The notes beneath the pieces were generated by a model that had not been told where the DNA came from, made no database searches, and saw only the letters and a list, made by a program, of their open reading frames with translations. From the IMG/VR virus record IMGVR_UViG_3300000059_000001, positions 1-55,870 of that record: 55,870 bases of DNA; one strand, 5' to 3'. The position numbers and the translations under genes were made by a program. The stretch's first letter is position 1. Each line of letters starts with the position of its first letter. The DNA comes from a virus. Positions 15,513 to 24,768 of the stretch are shown one piece after another.

Positions 15513-17988
15513 ATGCCCAATAAATTATTATCACAACAATCTAGTCTTTAACGCAGACAAGAGTTGCTGGGCAATATTTAAGATACAAGGGGACAATTAT
15601 GAGTTTTTGAGCGAGGCCGGAAAACGGGAACTGAACTGGAGACTCGCCAATTATTTAGGAGGTATTACCTCCGATGCACAGTTACATATCATACCAGTCG
15701 AGCAGGATATTGATGCTCACTATGATAGTATTGTTAATAATTTGGATAAAGCCGACCCTTTATATCCACGTTCTGAGCCGCTTTTCCAGAAACAGCGTAA
15801 TTACTTAAAAAGTAGCATCCAATCAAAAGCAGAAGTAAATGACTATACAAATTACATCTATGTAAAGTTGCAGATGTCAGCTAACCAGCTCGACGTCATG
15901 AAAGAAGCATTTTCATACTTTGTCAAAGATCCAATAAATGCGGTTCACTCATGGCTCAATCTGGACACCAGAGATATTTTGGAATCCAAAATCGAAGAAT
16001 ATCAACACTTGGCAAATGGGTGGCTGGAACAGCAAAGTGAACTTTTGTGCATGACACGAGCGACGGCCAAAGAAACACAGTGGTTGATCAAGCGTGCTGC
16101 TTACAGGGGCATGCCGGAAAATAAAATCAATCTCCTATATGATGACACCGATAAGAAGAACATATGGCAGCCGAAAGCTGAGCTAGAAGATGGTGTATTA
16201 CACCCCCAAAAGTCAATTGTAAATCTCTTTGAGGGGAAAATCACGCCAAAGAACCGATATTTAGAAGTTGAGACAGAAGAGGGCTTATCCTACCAGAGTT
16301 TTATGGTAATGTCGCATTTTCCAGATGAAATCCGAAATCCTGGGCGAGAATGGATTTATAAATTGCTACAAAAGGATGTCAAACCTGAAATCTGCATTCA
16401 TTTCGAAGCAATTGACCCAGAGCGGTCCCTAAAAAAAGTGGAAGGAAAACAGCAGGAGATTGAAAGCCAGACAGAGCATGTCAGAGAGGCCGGCGCACGA
16501 GTTCCAAAGGATCTTAAAGAAGGACTAATGGACGGAATGCAACTCGAAAATGAACTGCGCAACAACCGTGAGCCATTGCTGGTGTCTACCATACAATTTT
16601 GTGTGGCATCCCAAGATAAGGATGACATGCAATCAAGAAGTAAAAAACTTATAAACTTTTTTAAAATGTGGCAATTTGCAGTTGAGCGGCCTGTGGCTGA
16701 TCAGAGCAAATTGTTTTTTAATTTTATCCCATCAGTGACCAATATGGTCAAAGGATATGCTATGCCACTCACGCCACTTGCTGCGGCGAGTGGCATTTTT
16801 AGTACCACACACAACGTTGGGGATTCTAAGGGTCCATATATCGGGACTTTTGGCATGAAAAAGGTATTTTTAGATTTAGCACAAGCTTGTCTTGAAAATA
16901 TGTCAGCTGCGGCAAGTTTTTTCGGCAATCTTGGTGTTGGGAAGTCATACAATGCCAATCTATTGACCATACTGGCGGTACTTAATGGTGCTTCTGGACT
17001 AATAATCGATCCTAAGGGTGAGAGGTCTCACTGGGTAGAAAAATTTGAGTTATTAAAGGGGCATATAAATTTGATCAATATCGGAACTGAAAAAGAAAAT
17101 CGAGGAGTATTAGACCCATACAACATCTATCCAGATGACCTTGAGACAGCCACAGAATTGCTAATTAATATTGTAATTGAGCTTTGCAAGATTGAGTACG
17201 GATCTGAAACATACATTGTGCTCAAAGAGGCGGCAACTAAAGTCAAAAACGGTATTAAAAAACCTTGTATGTACAGTTTAACGGAATACCTGGATGAATG
17301 GGATGAGAAGGATGATGACTATTTTGGTGTAGCGCAGAAACTGGCAAGATTAATCCGCGTTGAAAAAGAAGTTGGCATGGGACAATTAATCTATGGTCAA
17401 GGTGATGAAAAGACAATTAACCTTGACAATCGGTTAAATATAATCCAGATTCAAAATCTCAAAATGCCGGAAAAAGATACACAAAAAGAAGATTATACAT
17501 CAGAGGAGGTCATGTCTTCTGTAATTATTATGATTCTTTCACAGTTTGCCAAGAAATTTGCACTGAAAAACAAAGATAAAATGGAAAAAATATTCCAGGT
17601 TATTTTGTTTGATGAGTCATGGATGCTTGGAAAAACCAAGCAAGGACAAAACATGTATAACTTTTTGGTGCGTATGGGGCGGTCCATGTTCACAGCCCCT
17701 ATATTTAATGGTCACTCTGTAACGGATATCAGTGATGTTGGGGTGCGTAATGGTATTACATACAGATTCTGTTTCCGCACAAACGATGATGATGAGGCCG
17801 AGCGTATGCTTCAATATTTAGGCATGGAGATTTCTCCTAAAAATATCAATTTGATGAAATCCCTACCTAATGCAACATGCATGTTCAGAGATAAGGATGG
17901 TCGAGTTGGCAAATTACATTTTGATGTAGTTTTCAAGGAGCTGCATGATATACTTTCAACCACACCTAAACAAAAGGGGGCCGCTTAA
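15499..17988 (+). CDS. VirB4-like T4SS ATPase (TcpF / Tn916 Orf16-like)
   Basis: 829 aa; Walker A GNLGVGKS; Walker B VILFDESW; position after the TcpE-like gene. Confidence 0.85.
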   Translation: MRLFKCPINYYHNNLVFNADKSCWAIFKIQGDNYEFLSEAGKRELNWRLANYLGGITSDAQLHIIPVEQDIDAHYDSIVNNLDKADPLYPRSEPLFQKQRNYLKSSIQSKAEVNDYTNYIYVKLQMSANQLDVMKEAFSYFVKDPINAVHSWLNLDTRDILESKIEEYQHLANGWLEQQSELLCMTRATAKETQWLIKRAAYRGMPENKINLLYDDTDKKNIWQPKAELEDGVLHPQKSIVNLFEGKITPKNRYLEVETEEGLSYQSFMVMSHFPDEIRNPGREWIYKLLQKDVKPEICIHFEAIDPERSLKKVEGKQQEIESQTEHVREAGARVPKDLKEGLMDGMQLENELRNNREPLLVSTIQFCVASQDKDDMQSRSKKLINFFKMWQFAVERPVADQSKLFFNFIPSVTNMVKGYAMPLTPLAAASGIFSTTHNVGDSKGPYIGTFGMKKVFLDLAQACLENMSAAASFFGNLGVGKSYNANLLTILAVLNGASGLIIDPKGERSHWVEKFELLKGHINLINIGTEKENRGVLDPYNIYPDDLETATELLINIVIELCKIEYGSETYIVLKEAATKVKNGIKKPCMYSLTEYLDEWDEKDDDYFGVAQKLARLIRVEKEVGMGQLIYGQGDEKTINLDNRLNIIQIQNLKMPEKDTQKEDYTSEEVMSSVIIMILSQFAKKFALKNKDKMEKIFQVILFDESWMLGKTKQGQNMYNFLVRMGRSMFTAPIFNGHSVTDISDVGVRNGITYRFCFRTNDDDEAERMLQYLGMEISPKNINLMKSLPNATCMFRDKDGRVGKLHFDVVFKELHDILSTTPKQKGAA

Positions 17989-19059
17989 ATGGATGCTGTA
18001 AAACGCAAACATCCTATTGGCCTATATATCAGTATCGGTGGTGCAGTTCTAGTTTTTGGATTTATCCTGATAGTATTTTTTTTAATTATATCAGTTGCTG
18101 GTAGTAGCGTTACACAAAACGATAACAATAGTACTAACACTAATGTTTCTGGTGTTTACCCACCAAATGGGATGCAAATACCTATGTATTATCAATATGA
18201 TTATCCAGGTATCCTATTTGGTAGTGGAAATATTTCTACGAGCGGCTGTGCTCCGACGACCTTTGCTATGGTTGCCACATATCTATTAGGGAGAGTCATT
18301 ACACCACCTGATGTGGTTGCTTGGTCAGGACCAATCAAATATTATGTACCACCAGCAGGCACACGATGGGACTTCTTCGAGGATGCTACAGAGTATTTTC
18401 AATGCGGTGATGTAAAGCAAACAAATAATCCAACTGAAGTGCTAGAAGCATTATCTGATAATAGACCAGTTATTTGTTCGCAAGGTCCTGGATTATTTAC
18501 ATCGGGCGGCCACTTTATTGTACTTCGTGGTATTACGACAAATGGTAAAGTACTTGTGAATGATCCCAATGATAATGCTAATAAAAATTATATCAATCGC
18601 GAGTTTGAACTGTTTACAGATATACACGCTACAGCCAACGCATATTGGATTTTTGATCAACGACAAACCACCGGGACGGGAGCCTATCAGCCGGATTTTA
18701 CAGATTATACACAAGCTGAATTGGAGCTGATCTGGGCCATCGTCCAACAGGAAGACAATAAGACCTATGAGGGCGCATTGGCGGTAATCAGTTGTGCTGC
18801 AAACCGCGTAGAATCTGCGGCATGGAATTACTGTGGTAATAATATATTAGCTCAACTTACAGCCCCTGGGCAGTTTTGCTATAGCAATGATGCTCATTGG
18901 TTAAAATGGCTTGGTGGAAACGTATACCCGCATGTAAAAATGGCTGTTGAGGATTGTCTGAAACGGGGGATACGCAACCATAATTATACTTGTTTCCGTA
19001 GCACCAACGGCGGCAATTCCGACCGTGAACAGATAGGAGGTAATTGGTATTTTAATTGA
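17989..19059 (+). CDS. Bifunctional peptidoglycan hydrolase (TcpG-like)
   Basis: N-terminal TM; papain/C39-like STSGCAPTTFAMV ... GGHFIVLRG; C-terminal SleB-type cell-wall-hydrolase-like region (ELELIWAIVQQE...ANRV). Confidence 0.65.
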   Translation: MDAVKRKHPIGLYISIGGAVLVFGFILIVFFLIISVAGSSVTQNDNNSTNTNVSGVYPPNGMQIPMYYQYDYPGILFGSGNISTSGCAPTTFAMVATYLLGRVITPPDVVAWSGPIKYYVPPAGTRWDFFEDATEYFQCGDVKQTNNPTEVLEALSDNRPVICSQGPGLFTSGGHFIVLRGITTNGKVLVNDPNDNANKNYINREFELFTDIHATANAYWIFDQRQTTGTGAYQPDFTDYTQAELELIWAIVQQEDNKTYEGALAVISCAANRVESAAWNYCGNNILAQLTAPGQFCYSNDAHWLKWLGGNVYPHVKMAVEDCLKRGIRNHNYTCFRSTNGGNSDREQIGGNWYFN

Positions 19060-19171
19060 GGTACTAGAAGAGACGCTAGAGATTTTGATGGAGCCAGTTA
19101 TTCATTTTATAAGTTTTAAGAGGAGGAAATATTAATGGATAGAGACAAAAAAATAAAGCAAGAAATAGGAG

Positions 19172-19762
19172 ATGGCAATGACAAAGAAAAATAAAATATT
19201 AGTTACATCGCTTGGAGCCTGTATTGCACTAACAGCAGCATGGATGCTATGGGCTAAAGATAACTCTTCAATAAAAACAAGGGAAGAGAAGGCAAAACAA
19301 GTCTCTGAAAACTATTCTCTGGATAAAGGTAAGGATCAAGTAGTCCAGAATCAGGAGAAACCACCACAGATAAGCAAATATGAGGAGAGGCTCACGGACA
19401 TAGAGGTGGACTTAACATATTTAGAGGACTTTATTGGTAGAGGAAAACAATTTATATTAAAACGGCAGATCCAATCACTTATAGATGGAGCCACCAGCGT
19501 AATATGCCTAGAATACCAACGGAGTGTTCCGGATGACATGCGCATGGAGTTCTTTTTTTTATGTGATACAGGAGAAATCCTGAAAGGTTATTACAATTAT
19601 CATACCAGAGAAACATCTGTAGAGTGCACCGATTTATCAGAGGGTGATGTGTGGGCAATGCAAGAAAAGGAAAAAACGGCATTAGAAAAGGAGGAGAACA
19701 AAGCGGTGGAAGGAAATGAAGTTGAAGAACTGCCACCGCAGGAAAGCGAGAGTGATACATGA
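19172..19762 (+). CDS. Membrane-anchored/secreted hypothetical protein
   Basis: N-terminal hydrophobic anchor ILVTSLGACIALTAAWMLW; acidic C-terminus; stop overlaps the next ATG. Confidence 0.55.
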   Translation: MAMTKKNKILVTSLGACIALTAAWMLWAKDNSSIKTREEKAKQVSENYSLDKGKDQVVQNQEKPPQISKYEERLTDIEVDLTYLEDFIGRGKQFILKRQIQSLIDGATSVICLEYQRSVPDDMRMEFFFLCDTGEILKGYYNYHTRETSVECTDLSEGDVWAMQEKEKTALEKEENKAVEGNEVEELPPQESESDT

Positions 19763-22272
19763 AGAAATACATAAAGTTAATAATCATATTTGTACTTCTG
19801 TGCATTTGCATAGTGCAGCAACCCATAGCCACATTGGCTGTTGCACTGCCACCAGAGCAGCGTGAGGAAGTTAATGTGGAAGTACAAGAGGAAGAGGACG
19901 GGGACGAAGAAGCCAGAGAAGAAGAAACTGCAGGGCAATCTGGTGATTATAACAGCAAACAGACCTTTGGTATAGATGAAGAATTTGATAAATTAACCGG
20001 TCATGCAAAATATTTAGGATCGGATTATAGGGATAACTATAATCTTGACCTAGAAGAAACTGGATTGACTGGTATTGTTGATTCTGCCGCAAATGGTTTG
20101 GCAAATGCTTTTTTCATTATGTTAAAAGGTTTTGCGACAGTAGTATGTGCCATTGTTTATTTCTGCTTAGATTTTAGCTTAGCTGATACAATATCGGATT
20201 TTATTACACAGCTACAAACTGGATTAATCAAAGGCATCTTTCAGGAATTATGGATATTATCGGCAGTTGTAATGTTTGTAAGTATCGTTGGTAAACTATT
20301 TAAGCGGCAAATGGCGGAAATACTAAAAGATTTGGCTATGGTGGTTTTCGTAACCGTACTTTCAGTTTTGTTGATGTCACATACCAAAGAGGTTTTAACA
20401 GCCAGTACAAATTTGACTAAGAGTGTATCTAATTCTGTTTTTGTTGGCTTAGATACTGCAACAGGTATGTCCGGAGATGTTGACTATGCCACAAACGCTG
20501 CCGGTTCGCTGTGGACAGATATGATACACGAACCTTGGTTAACACTTGAATTTGGTTCTGTTGCTCCAGATGATGCTGTGGTGGATGAGATATTGTCCTT
20601 AAGGCCTGGAAGCTCTGATCGAGCAGATATTATAAAGGACATGACAAAAGAGACAGGGTGTTTTGATAAAGAGAGAGCTTGGGGGCGTCTTGGTATGATA
20701 TTTGTTTATATGATCCCATTTTTCTTAAAGGGTGTCATATTTATAACAATATCACTATTACAGGCACTGGCTCAAGTTTTGGCGGTGTTTGTAATATTGT
20801 TAGCTGCCTTTGTACTGTTTTTAGCTATTATGCCAAACTATGGCATGGAGATATTAAAAAAATGGATGCAGATGTTTTTTGATGCACACCTTGGCATGGT
20901 AATACTAAGTTTTCTTATGGCAATGATGATCTGGCTTAATAAAGTCCTTTACTCTTTTGCCGGAACTTATGGATGGTTAATATCATTGTTGTTTCAAGCA
21001 GCATTATGTATTGTTCTGTCACTTAACTTCAAGGTAATAATGTTGACCTTGCTGTATCCGCGAAATACGGCAAAAGAATTAAATCGTAAGGTACGACAGT
21101 CTTTGCGAACAGGCGGCAGACACCCTAGTGGGTCTCGAAATAATGACTATAACTATGAAAATGGCTTTGATGAGTATGACGAGTACGATGATTATAATGA
21201 TTATGAAGATTATGACTATGAAGATTATGGGCATCAAAAAACTCATGAATCAAACCGCAGCTCGCTGGAACAGAGTATGTATAAATCAAGTAGTGCTAAT
21301 AAAGCATCTCCAGACAGTGACACTAGAGGTGAACAGGATTATCAATCAGATAATCACCCAACATCTCCCACCGATTATCAAGCAATGCACAATGCTCCGT
21401 CACAGCAGGAGCTATACAACCTCTTTAATAGTAAATCAGGTTTTAGCGAGCCGAACAGAGATGAAGAAGGGATAGGTGAAGAAACGCTGGATAACCAAAA
21501 AAATGACATATATAACAGTGGGGATATGGGTGATAACATACTAGGTGGGAAGTTAATTCCTTTGAATGATAATTCTACAGATGCCACCATACCAGAAGAC
21601 AATTTGGAGCAGCCCGAAAATGATGCCGAACAGAATTCCATTACCGAAGCTGTGAGTCTGGAGGAATCAGATAACGCAGAAGTTGAGAAAATCACCAGAG
21701 AAAAAACAGATGATAGCGAACATGAGGCTTCAGAACCCGAACTAGATGAAAAAACAGTTACTATTGAAAGCGAAGTATCCGGAAACGACGAATCACTCGT
21801 TTGGGATGGAAGCAGTGAGATGCCTGTTGATGTGCCTATTGGCACACATGAAACGGCATTGAGTGAATTATCAGGAGAACAGGAAGAAGCACGAGCATCT
21901 GAAATTAAGAATCCAATAGGAGTGCTGGAACAGGAGATCACACGGGCGGATACTAAACAGCATACGCAAAACCCTATACCAGATACAAGTCAGTCGATGG
22001 TACCTCTGAATATGCCATCTTCTGAAAATCATTTGGTATCAATGGAGAATTCACTGCTGGAACAGACAGTTGAACACATTGAAGAAAGTCAGAGAGGAGG
22101 AAATACATATGAGCAACAACCGGAAATGGCACGGCCTACGAGCAGGGAAGCGGATATACAGACGAATCGTATATCTATGGAGAACCTGCAAGAGGATTAT
22201 CCAGATAACAAAATGGATGAGATAGAACAAGCGGAACCAGAAGAATTGGCAGATTTTTATTGGGATGAATAA
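19759..22272 (+). CDS. VirB6/TcpH-like polytopic membrane protein with long acidic tail
   Basis: 837 aa; signal-like N-terminus, multiple TM helices in aa ~110-440, then low-complexity acidic tail (DYNDYEDYDYEDY...). Confidence 0.6.
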   Translation: MKKYIKLIIIFVLLCICIVQQPIATLAVALPPEQREEVNVEVQEEEDGDEEAREEETAGQSGDYNSKQTFGIDEEFDKLTGHAKYLGSDYRDNYNLDLEETGLTGIVDSAANGLANAFFIMLKGFATVVCAIVYFCLDFSLADTISDFITQLQTGLIKGIFQELWILSAVVMFVSIVGKLFKRQMAEILKDLAMVVFVTVLSVLLMSHTKEVLTASTNLTKSVSNSVFVGLDTATGMSGDVDYATNAAGSLWTDMIHEPWLTLEFGSVAPDDAVVDEILSLRPGSSDRADIIKDMTKETGCFDKERAWGRLGMIFVYMIPFFLKGVIFITISLLQALAQVLAVFVILLAAFVLFLAIMPNYGMEILKKWMQMFFDAHLGMVILSFLMAMMIWLNKVLYSFAGTYGWLISLLFQAALCIVLSLNFKVIMLTLLYPRNTAKELNRKVRQSLRTGGRHPSGSRNNDYNYENGFDEYDEYDDYNDYEDYDYEDYGHQKTHESNRSSLEQSMYKSSSANKASPDSDTRGEQDYQSDNHPTSPTDYQAMHNAPSQQELYNLFNSKSGFSEPNRDEEGIGEETLDNQKNDIYNSGDMGDNILGGKLIPLNDNSTDATIPEDNLEQPENDAEQNSITEAVSLEESDNAEVEKITREKTDDSEHEASEPELDEKTVTIESEVSGNDESLVWDGSSEMPVDVPIGTHETALSELSGEQEEARASEIKNPIGVLEQEITRADTKQHTQNPIPDTSQSMVPLNMPSSENHLVSMENSLLEQTVEHIEESQRGGNTYEQQPEMARPTSREADIQTNRISMENLQEDYPDNKMDEIEQAEPEELADFYWDE

Positions 22273-22276
22273 ATTA

Positions 22277-22313
22277 TCTAGGGTGAATTATATCAATAGT
22301 AGTCCACCCTAGA
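22277..22313. terminator. Hairpin between convergent genes
   Basis: tctagggtg ... caccctaga 9-bp stem. Confidence 0.45.
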
Positions 22314-22338
22314 TAAATGAGAATATATTTGAAACACA

Positions 22339-22896
22339 TTAACCTAAATAAGTAATTTGGTTAAAATCAATTTCAAAGTCATTATATATATTGACCTTTA
22401 CATTATCCTTGAAGGTATATTGCTGTGGCGATAATTCTGTTTCGTCAAAATAATATACCAGTATATTTTGGGACTTTGGATTTACAATCCAATATTCTCG
22501 TACACCAGCATCTTGATATAGATTTAGCTTCGTAATGTAATCATAACCAGAATTACTTGGAGAAGCTATTTCTATAATCCAGTCAGGTGCACCTTTGCAG
22601 CCTTTTCGATTTATTTTATCAGGATCACATACAACACTAATATCCGGCTCCACATAGAATCTGTCGTCGTGTTTCTTAATATACACAGCAAATGGAGCAG
22701 CATAGACCTTACATGGACCCCCTTTTGATTTAATATATTGATTAATCGTAGTTGAAAGTTCCATTGATACTTCTTGATGTACTGAACTAGGTGGAGCCAT
22801 GTAATATATCTGGCCATCAATGAGCTCTGCTCTGGTTCCCTCTGGCAGATCATAAATATCATCGATGGTATAAACTTTGTTTTCTGGTAATGCCAT
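22339..22896 (-). CDS. Uma2-family (DUF820) putative endonuclease
   Basis: AELIDGQIYYMAPP, H-Q, EPDISVVCD, APDWIIEIASPSN, EYWIVNP pattern; AAAGGAAG SD before ATG 22896. Confidence 0.7.
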   Translation of the reverse strand: MALPENKVYTIDDIYDLPEGTRAELIDGQIYYMAPPSSVHQEVSMELSTTINQYIKSKGGPCKVYAAPFAVYIKKHDDRFYVEPDISVVCDPDKINRKGCKGAPDWIIEIASPSNSGYDYITKLNLYQDAGVREYWIVNPKSQNILVYYFDETELSPQQYTFKDNVKVNIYNDFEIDFNQITYLG

Positions 22897-22917
22897 GGAG
22901 ATCACTTCCTTTCAATA

Positions 22918-23151
22918 TTATTTTTTCTTCACATCATCAGCCTCAAAATTGATTGTTTGCGAATCTGAAAGATTTATAAATAATTTTGCATCTAGGTGAT
23001 CACATATTTTTATTAAATCATCCATTGAGAAGCTATCTCTTGTGAATTTGTTACGAACTGCTTGAACTGATATACCAAGAGGTTCTGCTATATCTCGTGG
23101 TCTACTATTTGTTAAATTTAATAACGCTTTTACCTTGTTACTTACTGACAT
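22918..23151 (-). CDS. HTH transcriptional regulator (77 aa)
   Basis: AAGGAG SD; RPRDIAEPLGISVQAVRNKFTR helix-turn-helix. Confidence 0.65.
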   Translation of the reverse strand: MSVSNKVKALLNLTNSRPRDIAEPLGISVQAVRNKFTRDSFSMDDLIKICDHLDAKLFINLSDSQTINFEADDVKKK

Positions 23152-23207
23152 ATTAATCACTCCTTTTAATAAACATAACACATTTGAGTTTAAAAATCAA
23201 TTTATTG

Positions 23208-23278
23208 TTATAATATAATCATAAATGAAATAAATGCATTGACAATTATAATCAAATCGATTATAATATAATCATAAA
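23208..23278 (+). promoter_or_regulatory. Consensus promoter flanked by an 18-bp direct repeat (operator candidates)
   Basis: ttataatataatcataaa at 23208-23225 and 23261-23278; TTGACA 23239-23244, 17-nt spacer, TATAAT 23262-23267. Confidence 0.65.
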
Positions 23279-23309
23279 AGAAATTTATGAATCAGGGGGG
23301 GCAGTTAAT

Positions 23310-23642
23310 ATGTATATCGAAAAATATTTAAACCACTACAAGATTGCAGATCCAATCGTAAAGAATTATGAGGAATATTTCATTATTTATCAAACATACG
23401 ACAAAGATAGGGTTGTAGATTACACGATTCTCTACCATCCAAAGAAGGATGAGTATATGTATGTTGATACTCTGAAAGATATATACCTAACTTGTACATT
23501 CAATAAGGTGAAATATTGGATGTCTTCTGAATCCATTGATAAATTCATCTTTGTTTCCGGAAGTCAATCGGAAACAAAGATGAACAGCTTCTTTAAATTA
23601 ATAATAGGATTCGTAAAAAAATTGAAGGGGGTTAGCATGTGA
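23310..23642 (+). CDS. Hypothetical protein (110 aa)
   Basis: G-run SD (23285-23291) then ATG 23310. Confidence 0.55.
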   Translation: MYIEKYLNHYKIADPIVKNYEEYFIIYQTYDKDRVVDYTILYHPKKDEYMYVDTLKDIYLTCTFNKVKYWMSSESIDKFIFVSGSQSETKMNSFFKLIIGFVKKLKGVSM

Positions 23643-23870
23643 AGTATAGAGTTATAATCTTCCTACACAAAGTACAATAGATAACTAGAAATAAAGCAGA
23701 GAGGAAAGACTAAAAGTCAGGTGGGGAATATCAATGAATAGGATAAGAGATGAAACGAAAAAACTGATTTTATACTATGTGATAATTGTAAAAGGAACAA
23801 TACTGTGATACGGTGCAGATACATAAGTGGATAGGTAATTCCATGCCTTATCCATATCCAAAGAAGGGGA

Positions 23871-24599
23871 ATGACTATGAAAAATAAAATGAGATTACCT
23901 ATTATAATAATGACATTAATATTGTCTTTTACATTTGCACCATTCGCAGAATTAAACCATAACAATATCGCAACAGTGGAAGCAGCTACAATGAAACTGA
24001 GACTGACCAATACCGAGAGTAAGAAAACGATGTACCAGTACTTGACGTATGAAATCAAAGCCAATATCAAGGACTCTAAGATTAAATTCAGTAGCAGTAA
24101 TAAGAAAGTGGCTACTATTAATAAAAAAGGGGTTGTTACCGCAAAGAAAAAGGGAACAACCATTATTACAGTGAAATACGGCAAACAAAGTAAAAAAGTT
24201 AAGTTGACCGTGAAAGCTTCAGGGAAAAACTATTCACCGAAAAGGGTTTGCCAGATAGCGAACCAACGGTTAAAGAATACTAGAAATAAGAACGGTGAAA
24301 AGTTAACCTATATACCAGATGATTTAAAAGCTATGTTAAAGCGCGGTGAGATTACTAAAAAGGAATATAATAAATATTATCCAACAGATGGAACAGGATA
24401 TTTCATTTATTATATTCGTCCGGGGTTTGATAATGCAACTGACATAACAGGACAAAGGCTGAAAAACGAGAGCCAGATAGCGGAATATTTAGTAGGATTC
24501 TACAGGGCAGGCGATGAGAAGTATTTTTATGTGGCTTATGGCGGCAAAGTAAACATTCGTGGTACGGTGTATTATAAATTCCAATTACATCGAGCATAG
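23871..24599 (+). CDS. Secreted Big_2 (bacterial Ig-like) domain protein
   Basis: Signal peptide; KFSSSNKKVATINKKGVVTAKKKGTTIITVKYG Big_2-type motif. Confidence 0.65.
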   Translation: MTMKNKMRLPIIIMTLILSFTFAPFAELNHNNIATVEAATMKLRLTNTESKKTMYQYLTYEIKANIKDSKIKFSSSNKKVATINKKGVVTAKKKGTTIITVKYGKQSKKVKLTVKASGKNYSPKRVCQIANQRLKNTRNKNGEKLTYIPDDLKAMLKRGEITKKEYNKYYPTDGTGYFIYYIRPGFDNATDITGQRLKNESQIAEYLVGFYRAGDEKYFYVAYGGKVNIRGTVYYKFQLHRA

Positions 24600-24641
24600 T
24601 AAACAAATGAAATTAAATATGTATAAACCATTAACTTAGGG

Positions 24642-24667
24642 GAGCCAAGATTGGCTCTTCTTTTTTA
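24642..24667 (+). terminator. Rho-independent terminator
   Basis: gagccaa ga ttggctc stem followed by ttcttttttt. Confidence 0.6.
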
Positions 24668-24768
24668 TGCAAAAAATTATCAAAGAAGGGGAATTGATGG
24701 AAAAAAATAATTTAAAAGAAAAGAAGCAATATATATCATCAAATATTAAATGTGCAAAAGGAGGTCAT

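Noticed and set aside
21378-21941. 187-aa Ser-rich minus-strand ORF
   Set aside because: It is antisense to the acidic low-complexity tail of the TcpH-like gene and is a compositional artefact.
23717-24184. 155-aa hydrophobic minus-strand ORF overlapping the Big_2 gene
   Set aside because: The plus-strand ORF has a signal peptide and a Big_2 motif. The minus-strand product is low-complexity and hydrophobic, from AT-rich antisense sequence.
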